From Pseudophaeobacter sp. (GTDB lineage Bacteria > Pseudomonadota > Alphaproteobacteria > Rhodobacterales > Rhodobacteraceae): a DNA stretch of 64,000 nt. Below, piece by piece: positions 55,290 to 64,000 of the stretch (position 1 is its first letter; each line of letters opens with the position of its first letter). Position numbers and translations under genes: made by a program. The stretch spans positions 1,887 through 65,886 of the forward strand of contig NZ_JBDWPJ010000034.1 in NCBI RefSeq assembly GCF_039971195.1. The letters are read 5' to 3'. The notes beneath the pieces are model-generated. The model did no database searches, was not told the DNA's origin, and saw only the letters and a list, made by a program, of their open reading frames with translations.

Positions 55290-56908
55290 GCCGCGCTGCG
55301 CAATGGTTTGACCAGATTGTTCTGGACCTGCTGCGGCAATTGCGCTGGAGCTTTCTGCCGCCGCTGCTGATCTATTTTGCCTATGGGGTGCAGGGTCTTA
55401 CTTCGGTGGCCAGCACCTTTTTTGTCAAAGAATACCTCGACCTGGAGGCCGCCTTTCTGGCCGGTTTGGCCTTTTGGGTTGGACTGCCCTGGGCCTTGAA
55501 GATGCCACTGGGACATCTGGTCGATCTGATCTGGCGGTGGAAATACCTGCTGATCCTGCTTGGCGCCGTGCTGATGGCCGCGAGCTATGGCATCATCGCC
55601 GGACTACTGATTTCCCCCGAGGCGATGCTTCGGATCATGCCCGCCAATGCCTGGTATGTGACCTCGGCCCTTTTGGCGCCCTGTGGCTTTGTGCTGCAGG
55701 ATATTGTCGCCGATGCCATGTCGGTGGAGGCGATCCCGCATCAAAGGCCGGATGGCAGCAGTTTCTCCGCTGACGAGTCTCGCGTCATGCACACCACCAT
55801 GCAGACCCTGGGCCGGATCACCCTGATTGGCGGTTTCAGTGCGGCTGCCGCGATGAATGTCTGGCTGTTTGATGGTGCTGATGCACTGCCGCAGACTGAG
55901 AAAGGCGCGCTTTATGCGCAGATCTATCTGCTGGCCCTTATGGTGCCCTTGCTTTCGCTCACCGGCATCGCCGTCGCCCTGTTGCAGCGAACGCAAATGG
56001 GGGCACGGCTGCGCAAACTGGGGCTGAGCGGCGCAGAAATCCAAAGCCGCCTGACCCTGCCCCGCGATCCGGTCACGGTGAACTGGTGGTACTTCATCGG
56101 CGGCGGCGCCTTTGTGGCGCTCTCTCTTGGGGTTGGTCTCAGCGACGTTCCCCAGTCGCAGGAGCTGGTCTTTGCCGGCTCAATGTTGATCGTCCTCTTA
56201 CTGATGCGCCAGTTGATCAAATCGCTGGCTCCCGCGCAGGCCCGCGCCCTGATCGGCACTGCCATCATCATCTTTGCCTATCGCGCCACGCCGCTGAATG
56301 GCGCAGCCGCCTCTTGGTTCGAAATTGACGTGCTTGGGTTTGATCCGCAATTTCTTTCAGTGCTCTCCCTGATCTCGTCCTTGCTGACCCTGTCTGGCAT
56401 GGTGCTGCTACGACCGCTGATTGCCAATAACACCATCGCCTGGATCATCACCTTTCTCGCCCTCACCGAAGCGGTTCTGAGCCTGCCCAACATCGGCCTC
56501 TACTACGGTATGCATGAATGGACCGCCGCAATGACCGGCGGGGTGGTGGATGCGCGTTTTATCGCGCTGGTGGATACAGCAGTGGAATCGCCGCTGGGAC
56601 AGATCGCCATGATCCCAATGCTGGCCTGGATTGCCCGCAACGCCCCCAGCAACCTCAAAGCCACCTTCTTTGCCGTTATGGCCTCCTTCACCAATCTGGC
56701 GCTCTCCGCCTCAAGTCTGGGTACCAAATACCTCAACCAGATCTTTCTGGTCACACGCGAGGTCAAGGACAGCTCTGGCGAGGTACTTACCCAAGCGGAT
56801 TACAGCAGCCTTGGGATGTTGTTGATCACCGTTGCGCTGTTAAAACTGGCGATCCCGCTCGTCACGGTCCTTCTGGTGCAAATGAGCCCTCTGCACAGCT
56901 CAGACTAA
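55286..56908 (+). CDS. BT1 (folate-biopterin transporter)-like MFS protein
   Basis: About 12 TM segments, PWALKMPLGHLVD, QDIVADAMSVE, ATFFAVMASFTNL; ATGA overlap with the corC-type gene. Confidence 0.65.
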   Translation: MSRAAQWFDQIVLDLLRQLRWSFLPPLLIYFAYGVQGLTSVASTFFVKEYLDLEAAFLAGLAFWVGLPWALKMPLGHLVDLIWRWKYLLILLGAVLMAASYGIIAGLLISPEAMLRIMPANAWYVTSALLAPCGFVLQDIVADAMSVEAIPHQRPDGSSFSADESRVMHTTMQTLGRITLIGGFSAAAAMNVWLFDGADALPQTEKGALYAQIYLLALMVPLLSLTGIAVALLQRTQMGARLRKLGLSGAEIQSRLTLPRDPVTVNWWYFIGGGAFVALSLGVGLSDVPQSQELVFAGSMLIVLLLMRQLIKSLAPAQARALIGTAIIIFAYRATPLNGAAASWFEIDVLGFDPQFLSVLSLISSLLTLSGMVLLRPLIANNTIAWIITFLALTEAVLSLPNIGLYYGMHEWTAAMTGGVVDARFIALVDTAVESPLGQIAMIPMLAWIARNAPSNLKATFFAVMASFTNLALSASSLGTKYLNQIFLVTREVKDSSGEVLTQADYSSLGMLLITVALLKLAIPLVTVLLVQMSPLHSSD

Positions 56909-57050
56909 TCACAAACGGGCTGCCTTGCCGGCCAGACAGCTCCCGCCGGCAAGGCAATTGCCGGGCAGCGACCAGCCGTGTCGCTTTTTGACTGGACTAC
57001 TGTTCACTTCTGTCCAGAATAAAGAAAAGCCTCATTCAGGGAGAAGCCTC

Positions 57051-59468
57051 ATGAAGACCACTACACGTGTGGCCGTGATCGGCGGCGGTGTCGTCGGCTG
57101 TTCGGTTCTGTACCATCTGACCAAACTGGGCTGGTCTGACGTCATGCTGTTGGAACGCTCCGAGCTCACCTCCGGCTCCACCTGGCACGCGGCTGGTGGG
57201 TTTCATACGCTCAATGGCGATACCAATATGGCCGCCCTGCAGGGCTATACGATCAAGCTCTACCGCGAGCTGGAAGAGATCACCGGCATGTCCTGCGGGC
57301 TGCACCATGTCGGCGGAATCACCCTGGCAGACAATCAGGAACGCTTTGACATGATGAAGGCAGAGCGTGCCAAGCACCGTTTCATGGGGCTGGAGACCGA
57401 AATCGTCAGCCCCGAGGAAATTGCCAAGATCGCCCCGGTGACCAATATCAACGGCATCGTGGGCGGGCTTTATGATCCTCTGGACGGACACCTTGATCCC
57501 TCTGGCACCACCCATGCCTATGCCAAGGCGGCCCGCATGGGTGGCGCCACAATCGAGACCCACACCAAAGTTATCGAGACCAACCAGCGCCCCGATGGTT
57601 CCTGGGATGTGGTCACCAACAAAGGCACCCTTCACGCTGAACATATCGTCAATGCCGGCGGGCTTTGGGCACGCGAAGTCGGCGCCATGGCTGGTGTCTA
57701 CTTCCCGCTGCACCCGATGGAACACCAATATATCGTCACCGACGAGGTGCCAATGATTGCCGAGATCATCGACGGCGGTGGTGAGCACCCCCATGTGATG
57801 GATCCCGCAGGCGAGAGCTATCTGCGCCAGGAAGGCCGGGGGCTGTGCATTGGGTTCTACGAACAGCCCTGCAAACCCTGGGCGGTGGATGGCACCCCCT
57901 GGAGTTTTGGCCATGAACTCCTGGGCGACGACTTTGACAAGATCGAAGCATCTATTGATTTTGCCTACAAACGCTTCCCCGCGCTCGAAGCCGCCGGGGT
58001 GAAATCCGTAATCCATGGTCCTTTCACCTTTGCCCCCGATGGCAACCCGCTGGTCGGCCCGGTGCCTGGCATGCGCAACTACTGGTCCGCCTGTGGGGTC
58101 ATGGCCGGCTTTAGCCAGGGCGGCGGTGTCGGCCTGATGCTGGCACAATGGATGATCGAGGGCGAACCCGAACGCGACACCATGGCACTGGACTGCGCCC
58201 GCTACGGAGATTGGATTACCCCTGGCTACACCCTGCCCAAAGTGATTGAAAACTACCAGAAGCGCTTCTCCATCGCCTACCCCAACGAAGAGCTGCCCGC
58301 TGCGCGCCCCTTCCGCACCACTCCGATGTACGACATCTTTGACAAAATGGGCGCAGTCTGGGGGCAGCAGTACGGCTTGGAAGTCCCCAATTACTTTGCC
58401 AAAGCAGATGAGCCCCGCTATGAGACCCCCTCTTTCCGCCGTTCCAACGCCTTTAAGGCCACCGCCCGCGAGGTGAGGACCGTTCGCGAAGCGGTTGGTA
58501 TCAATGAGGTTCACAACTTTGGCAAGTATCAGGTCAGCGGCCCCGACGCCCGCGCCTGGCTCGATCGGATCATGGCAGGCCGGGTGCCCCAGCCAGGTCG
58601 CATCAGCCTCACGCCGATGCTTTCGCCCAAGGGACGGTTGATCGGCGATTTCACCATCTCCTGCCTCAGCGAGGAAGACTTTCAGCTCACCGCTTCTTAC
58701 GGGGCGCAGGCCTACCACATGCGCTGGTTCCTGCAGCATCAGCAGGGCAAGGTGGACATCAAAAACATTTCCGACACCCGCAATGGCTTCCAGATTGCCG
58801 GGCCTAAGGCGCGCGAAGTGCTGCAGGCCTGCACCCGGCAGGATCTGTCAGATATGCGTTTCATGGATCTGCGGCAGATGACAGTCGGCATGACAGACTG
58901 TCTGGTGCAACGGGTGAGCTACACCGGCGATCTCGGCTACGAGATCTACTGCGATCTTCCCAGTCAGCGCAGCCTCTGGGACTGCCTGTGGCAAGCAGGC
59001 CAGGCCCATGGCATGAAACCCTTTGGCATGCGGGCGATGATGTCGCTGCGGCTGGACAAATTCTTTGGCTCCTGGCTGCGCGAATACTCCCCCGATTACA
59101 CCGCAGCTGAAACCGGGTTGGACCGTTTTATCTCCTTCAAGAAAACTACCAGTTTCATCGGCCGTGCCGAGGCCGAGGCCGAGCGCGAGACAGGCCCCTC
59201 CCGCAGGCTCTGCGCCTTTGAGGTCGAGGCCACAGACGCCGATGTCATCGCCTATGAACCGATTTCGATCAACCGTGAGGTCGTTGGTTTTTGCACCTCG
59301 GGGGGCTATTCGCACCATGCGCAAAAATCCATCGCGCTGGGCTTTGTGCCCAGCTCTCAGGTCCGGCCTGGCCTGGAGGTTGAGATCGAAATCCTAGGCG
59401 AAATGCACCGGGCAAAACTGATCACAGAGCCGCTCTTTGACGCCGATGGCGCCCGCATGCGCGGCTAA
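57051..59468 (+). CDS. GcvT-family FAD-dependent oxidoreductase (dimethylglycine/sarcosine dehydrogenase-like)
   Basis: IGGGVVG, SGSTWHAAG, FAPDGNPLVG, SYTGDLGYEIY, SLRLDK. Confidence 0.92.
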   Translation: MKTTTRVAVIGGGVVGCSVLYHLTKLGWSDVMLLERSELTSGSTWHAAGGFHTLNGDTNMAALQGYTIKLYRELEEITGMSCGLHHVGGITLADNQERFDMMKAERAKHRFMGLETEIVSPEEIAKIAPVTNINGIVGGLYDPLDGHLDPSGTTHAYAKAARMGGATIETHTKVIETNQRPDGSWDVVTNKGTLHAEHIVNAGGLWAREVGAMAGVYFPLHPMEHQYIVTDEVPMIAEIIDGGGEHPHVMDPAGESYLRQEGRGLCIGFYEQPCKPWAVDGTPWSFGHELLGDDFDKIEASIDFAYKRFPALEAAGVKSVIHGPFTFAPDGNPLVGPVPGMRNYWSACGVMAGFSQGGGVGLMLAQWMIEGEPERDTMALDCARYGDWITPGYTLPKVIENYQKRFSIAYPNEELPAARPFRTTPMYDIFDKMGAVWGQQYGLEVPNYFAKADEPRYETPSFRRSNAFKATAREVRTVREAVGINEVHNFGKYQVSGPDARAWLDRIMAGRVPQPGRISLTPMLSPKGRLIGDFTISCLSEEDFQLTASYGAQAYHMRWFLQHQQGKVDIKNISDTRNGFQIAGPKAREVLQACTRQDLSDMRFMDLRQMTVGMTDCLVQRVSYTGDLGYEIYCDLPSQRSLWDCLWQAGQAHGMKPFGMRAMMSLRLDKFFGSWLREYSPDYTAAETGLDRFISFKKTTSFIGRAEAEAERETGPSRRLCAFEVEATDADVIAYEPISINREVVGFCTSGGYSHHAQKSIALGFVPSSQVRPGLEVEIEILGEMHRAKLITEPLFDADGARMRG

Positions 59469-59550
59469 GCCAGCCAATTTTCACAAGATTTCCGCCCCCT
59501 AAACGGCCGGGGGCGAGTATCTTGCCGCTTTTTCGCTGGCCCTCCCCCCT

Positions 59551-59581
59551 CATCTTTCCCAAAATATTCCCGCCGGAGGCA
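59551..59581. repeat. Intergenic repeat, copy B (REP-like)
   Basis: catctttcccaaaatattcccgccggaggca, 28 of 31 identical to 3524-3554. Confidence 0.7.
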
Positions 59582-59616
59582 TCCGACCTGGCAGCTTGAC
59601 ACCACGGGAGTATTTC

Positions 59617-60204
59617 ATGAGCACAATCGCAATTCTTCTCCTCGCAGCCGGATCCTCCTCGCGGATGGGAGATCGGGACAAGCTGATGGAGGAAGTAGAT
59701 GGGGAGAAGCTGCTCACACTGATCTGTCGGCGCGCTGCTCTGACCGGGCTGCCTTGCCTTGTGACCGTGCCTTCTCTGTCTCATCCACGGGTTTCAGCCA
59801 CCGGCACCGCCCGCTTGATTGAGGTGCCAGATGCAGCCGAAGGCATGGCCGCCTCCATTCGCACAGGCGTGGCAGCCCTGCCCGCGGACACTGATGCGGT
59901 GATGATCCTGCCCTGCGACATGCCAGAGCTGGAAGCCCAGGATCTGTCGCATCTGGCGGCACATTTTCACGACGCTGACAGCCCGGTTCTGCGGGCAACC
60001 TCAGAAAATGGCACCCCTGGTCACCCGGTACTGTTTCCACGGCGCTGCTTTGCGGCGTTACGGCAGATCACCGGCGACCAAGGCGCGCGGGCAGTGCTGA
60101 AATCCCAAGACGTACAATTGATCGCCCTGCCCAGCCAGCGCGCGGTCACCGATCTCGACACGCCCGAGGCCTGGGCTCAATGGCGTGCAACCCGCGCAGT
60201 CTGA
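59617..60204 (+). CDS. MocA/MobA-like nucleotidyltransferase
   Basis: LAAGSSSRMG..DKL, EGMAASIRTG, PCDMP, PGHPVLF, GDQGAR, DLDTPE. Confidence 0.88.
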   Translation: MSTIAILLLAAGSSSRMGDRDKLMEEVDGEKLLTLICRRAALTGLPCLVTVPSLSHPRVSATGTARLIEVPDAAEGMAASIRTGVAALPADTDAVMILPCDMPELEAQDLSHLAAHFHDADSPVLRATSENGTPGHPVLFPRRCFAALRQITGDQGARAVLKSQDVQLIALPSQRAVTDLDTPEAWAQWRATRAV

Positions 60205-60227
60205 AATCGGATTCAAACTCCTGTTTC

Positions 60228-60271
60228 AAAACAACAACGGGCAGACCCCTGCGGCTCTGCCCGTTGTTTTT
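60228..60271. terminator. Bidirectional terminator between convergent genes
   Basis: acaacgggcaga ... tctgcccgttgt flanked by A and T runs. Confidence 0.8.
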
Positions 60272-60291
60272 GATCTGCGTTTTTTGCTGAC

Positions 60292-63200
60292 TCAGTGCAC
60301 CAGCAGGCGGGCCTCATGGCGTTTCAGCGAACGGCGGGCAGAGCTGTAGGCTTCACGGCCTTCTTCCGATTTCAGCTCGGGGAAGATCTCATAGACCTCG
60401 TTGCGCTGGGCATTGTCCAGGCCACGCAGGGTCTGATCACCAGGCTGGAAGCTCTCGGTCCAGGCGCCATCTGACAGCACAACCTCGTGCTGGTCGAACA
60501 TGAAGTGGATATAGGTGACCGTACTGGTCTTTACCGCGTCCACACCGGCAAGGCCGGTCAGATGTTTGGCCGCAACCAGAACTTCGCGGTCTTCAAAATA
60601 GAGCGCAGTCTTGTCATTGGCCACCAGCACCCGGTGATTGGGGCTAACCATCATGTCACGCTCTGGCAGACCATTGCCCAGGGCGCCTTCGCGGATCAGG
60701 ATCGGCTGAAGATGCTCGGCCTTTTTCAGATCCGCAGTTTCGAGGCTGCGCTTGCCCAACCAGCGAATGGCCTGAATGCCGTTGTCGCGGGTGATGATGC
60801 GATCGCCAGCCACAAGATCTTCAACCCGGCGTTCGCCTTCAGGCGTTGCGATCAGCGTTCCCGGTGTGAAACAGGGCACAATGACGTTTTCAATCTCATA
60901 GAAATTGGCCGTGCCAGTCACTGCGCCGCCAGCATCCAGGAAGGTGACAGTACCGTTTTCGGGGTTGGTGGGGTCATATTCCACCTCGAGGGTGCCACCG
61001 GGGTTTTGCGCCTCGGCCACGCCACGCAGGTCCAGCACGTCAATGTCGCTGTCATCGGCATCTTCGCCACCAAACACGGTATCGCTTTGGCTGATGCCAG
61101 TGATGGTATCAGATCCGGTGCCGCCCAGAACGGAATCGGTGCCATTGCCAGCGCCGAGATCAATCTCATCCAGACCAGCACCGCCGCTCAGCACGTCGTC
61201 GCCCTGCCCACCAAGGATGGTGTCATCGCCTTCGCCACCGGTCACAGTGTCGTTGTCGATGCCAGCATCGATCATATCGTTGCCAGTGCCACCCGAGATC
61301 AGGTCATTGTCGTCCTGACCATAGATCACATCATCGCCAGCACCGCCGTCGATGGTATCCATGCCATTGGTGGGATCGGGATCAACCGGACGGCCATCCG
61401 AGCCATCATCGGTGATGTTCAACCCATCGGGGAAGGCCGGATCCAACCCGCCATAGATGGTATCGCTGCCTTCACCACCGAGCAGAACGTCAGAGCCTTC
61501 GCCACCGGTGATCAGGTCATCCTCGGTGCCGCCATCGATGGTATCGTCATCGATGCCACCATCTATGGTATCCATGCCCGCGCCACCTGCGATCAGGTCG
61601 TTGTCGTCGCCGGTCGAGATCAGGTCATTGCCGGCGCCACCATCGACGGTGTCGCGATCATTGAAGGGATCAGGATCCGCAGGCACAAAAGGAATGTTTG
61701 GTGTGGTGCCGGTATAGCCGTCAAAACCACGATCTGGCAGCGGAATTGGATCACCAGAAGAGGTGTCGATGACGTCATCACCGTCACCACCGACAACACT
61801 GTCGGACCCGTCCCCGCCTTCGATGGTGTCATCGCCGTCACCACCATCCAGGGTGTCATCGCCATCGCCACCGATCAACGAGTCTTCGCCATCGTTGCCA
61901 ACCAGGACGTCATCGCCATCGCCACCATCCAGGGTATCATTCCCCGGCACGATAGTGGTCGGAGTTCCCAGCGCGTCAAAATAGACATCGCTGACAACAA
62001 CGCTGCTGTTGATGGCGCCATCCTGCGTATGGGTGATCACAATCGAGGACACCGGGCCAGGGATTGTCACCAGCATTGAGGTGTCAGGATTGTCATCGCT
62101 GGTAAAGGTATCGTCATCCTTTGCCGAGGCTGTATCATAGCCAGCAATCGCGTCAGTGTCTTCCATGGTCAAGCCAGGGCCACCGGCCAGGTTCACCACA
62201 ACCGGGTTCCCATCGGCATCAAAGGCGGTGATCATCACGGCGCTATCAGCGTCGATATCGCTGACACGGAACGATACATCCCCAACGGGATCAGAGAAAT
62301 CGAGCTGATAGTCAGCGGTGCTGCCATCCGAGCTCACATCCGCATTCAGCCCGCTTTGCGGATCTGCCGCACTACCGCCGGTGTTGATATTGCCCACAAA
62401 CTGGGACACGTCCGTGAATTCTGTGCCGGTATCGCCAGAGCTGCTGGAGACCGAGAAATCAACAGTGACGGATCCGGTATCCTGCGAAAACCCGCCCGAG
62501 AGATCATCGCCCGGATCTACAGGATCACCGCCATCCGGATCAGGGGCAAGATCCCACTGGAACACTTCGCGCGTACCACCATCACTGAGGCCAGGAACAT
62601 CAGTGTCCCCCTGCAGCACGTCATTGCCTTCGCCGCCGACCAAGCTGTCGGAGCCGCTGCCACCATGCACGGTATCGTCACCTTCGCCTGCCTGAACGGT
62701 ATCATCCCCGGCACCGGCATTGACCAGATCATCATCCGGGCCGTCTGCGGGGTTGATGGCGTCATCGTTATCGATGCGGTCGCCTTCGGGATCACCAAGA
62801 TAGGCCGTGTCGATCAGATCATCGCCTGCGGTGCCTTCCACAATACCGTCCAAGCCACCACCGTTGATCTGAACAACATTGTCGTCCAGCACAGCCACAT
62901 AATCGATACCACCGTCAAAAGAATTGCCGCCGTCACCATCAGCACCAATGACAAAACTATCTTCGCCATCCGCAGCAACATCTAGCGACATGCCCACAAC
63001 ATCGTCACCAGTTGTATAGGTTGTTCCCTGGGTGGTGTTTTCCACCACCAGCGAGACGCCACCTGGGCTCCAGCCATAGGTAACGGTCACCACATCGCCA
63101 GAAACAAAAAAGCCCGGCGCGGTTTCAAAGGCGACCGAATTGCCACCATCCGCATGGCTTAACTGTACTGTGCCGTCCTCGGTCACCCGGATAACAAAGT

Positions 63201-63525
63201 TCTCACCATCCGCGTCATCCTCAGAGGACAGGCCGCGGCTAACAACCGTCTGATCGCCTACGCCCGGATAGGCATTGGCCTTAAAGGAAGTGATTACCGT
63301 GCCGGTCGTAAGGTCAAAAGGATCATCATTGTCGCCCGCCACGTTGAACTGGCTGCCATCGCCGTTGCCCAGCATCCAGCCACCGGCGAAGCTCGCGCCG
63401 CCAGCCGCAGTACCATCCTGCGCGATGCCATCGCCAAGACCACTGTCATCGCTGGTGTAGCCGTCACGAAAGTCCCACAGCCCAATCAGATTGGCCGAAT
63501 ACGGATTGTCAAAATTGTCAGCCAT
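60292..63525 (-). CDS. 1077-aa RTX/Ca-binding repeat protein with N-terminal ConA/LamG-like domain and C-terminal Hint (Hint_2/BIL-type) domain
   Basis: Many GGxGxD repeats; VPCFTPGTLIATPEG, VEDL..GD.I.T.DNG, SPNHRVL, DQHEVVLSDGAWTES; catalytic Cys at residue 885 (codon 60871-60873). Confidence 0.92.
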   Translation of the reverse strand: MADNFDNPYSANLIGLWDFRDGYTSDDSGLGDGIAQDGTAAGGASFAGGWMLGNGDGSQFNVAGDNDDPFDLTTGTVITSFKANAYPGVGDQTVVSRGLSSEDDADGENFVIRVTEDGTVQLSHADGGNSVAFETAPGFFVSGDVVTVTYGWSPGGVSLVVENTTQGTTYTTGDDVVGMSLDVAADGEDSFVIGADGDGGNSFDGGIDYVAVLDDNVVQINGGGLDGIVEGTAGDDLIDTAYLGDPEGDRIDNDDAINPADGPDDDLVNAGAGDDTVQAGEGDDTVHGGSGSDSLVGGEGNDVLQGDTDVPGLSDGGTREVFQWDLAPDPDGGDPVDPGDDLSGGFSQDTGSVTVDFSVSSSSGDTGTEFTDVSQFVGNINTGGSAADPQSGLNADVSSDGSTADYQLDFSDPVGDVSFRVSDIDADSAVMITAFDADGNPVVVNLAGGPGLTMEDTDAIAGYDTASAKDDDTFTSDDNPDTSMLVTIPGPVSSIVITHTQDGAINSSVVVSDVYFDALGTPTTIVPGNDTLDGGDGDDVLVGNDGEDSLIGGDGDDTLDGGDGDDTIEGGDGSDSVVGGDGDDVIDTSSGDPIPLPDRGFDGYTGTTPNIPFVPADPDPFNDRDTVDGGAGNDLISTGDDNDLIAGGAGMDTIDGGIDDDTIDGGTEDDLITGGEGSDVLLGGEGSDTIYGGLDPAFPDGLNITDDGSDGRPVDPDPTNGMDTIDGGAGDDVIYGQDDNDLISGGTGNDMIDAGIDNDTVTGGEGDDTILGGQGDDVLSGGAGLDEIDLGAGNGTDSVLGGTGSDTITGISQSDTVFGGEDADDSDIDVLDLRGVAEAQNPGGTLEVEYDPTNPENGTVTFLDAGGAVTGTANFYEIENVIVPCFTPGTLIATPEGERRVEDLVAGDRIITRDNGIQAIRWLGKRSLETADLKKAEHLQPILIREGALGNGLPERDMMVSPNHRVLVANDKTALYFEDREVLVAAKHLTGLAGVDAVKTSTVTYIHFMFDQHEVVLSDGAWTESFQPGDQTLRGLDNAQRNEVYEIFPELKSEEGREAYSSARRSLKRHEARLLVH

Positions 63526-64000
63526 CTCGTTCTCCTTGTCGGCCTGCAGCCGCTTGAAACTCGCCCCATGGATCGAAGCGCACAGTCCGAAAAAACCAAC
63601 CGCCCCCAGGAACGGTCAAAAATCTCTTGCCTGAATATGGGAGAGTGCTTTCAGCTCTTGTTCACCAAACGGCCAATACTGGCTGCGCAAAAGCGCAGGC
63701 CACGATAGCGGTCGAACAGGTGGTCTGTCGGGACCAGAAGGACGGTTCATACGTGAAGGCAGTTCACGTGGTGCAAAAGGCAGCTTTGCGCCAAAACCGT
63801 CCTCTGAAACAGACCAGAGAAAAAGTTACCCCCCAAATGGGCAAGTTAATGAATAGCTGATAGAGGTAGCTCAACAAAGAGGAAAAACTTTCAGAAGTTT
63901 TAATAAAAACTGGATTCGCCCCCTGAGAGGCCCCCTGTTGGCGCCGTGTTTCATAGGCAAATCCGCCCTATTGTTCTCCGCTTTTCCGCAATAGCGCAGC

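Noticed and set aside
57036-58739. Long antisense ORFs (also 28796-29713, 33459-34700, 60487-62079 and many others)
   Set aside because: Shadow frames of high-GC genes with well-supported products on the other strand
61000-62800. Repetitive DNA in the Hint gene as a possible array
   Set aside because: The repeats are in-frame codons for GGxGxD RTX motifs

Overview
Mostly core chromosome of a Roseobacter-group alphaproteobacterium (Rhodobacterales, inferred from gene content and order; GC-rich). It carries trmFO, gluQRS, hisI, recG-ligA-ctrA-sciP-mnmA, the pyrH-frr-uppS-cdsA-dxr-rseP-bamA-skp-fabZ-lpxA-lpxI-lpxB envelope cluster, miaA, a peptide/nickel-type ABC system, a di-heme peroxidase, slt/ssb, aroK-aroB, xerD, a CorC-type protein, a BT1-type transporter, a GcvT-family oxidoreductase and a large RTX protein ending in a Hint domain. 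Accessory DNA sits right after ssb: a decayed patch (putative integrase stub, internally deleted IS3, truncated IS5, LysE pseudogene), then a PhnCDE-like ABC transporter with an atypical HAD hydrolase and its own two-component system. Best leads, none visible in the ORF track as such: (1) a 40-aa membrane peptide behind two perfect tandem LexA boxes, followed by a structured 250-nt 3' region (SidA- or TisB-like SOS module); (2) the Phn-like/HAD(DxF)/sensor-kinase locus with no C-P lyase; (3) a well-formed Pho-box promoter between pyrH and frr; (4) a 45-aa membrane peptide between rseP and bamA; (5) a membrane protein gene behind a perfect CtrA box; (6) a CCUCCUCCC-containing sRNA candidate upstream of trmFO. 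No rRNA, tRNA or CRISPR array was seen. All family calls come from motif recognition by eye; no searches were run.
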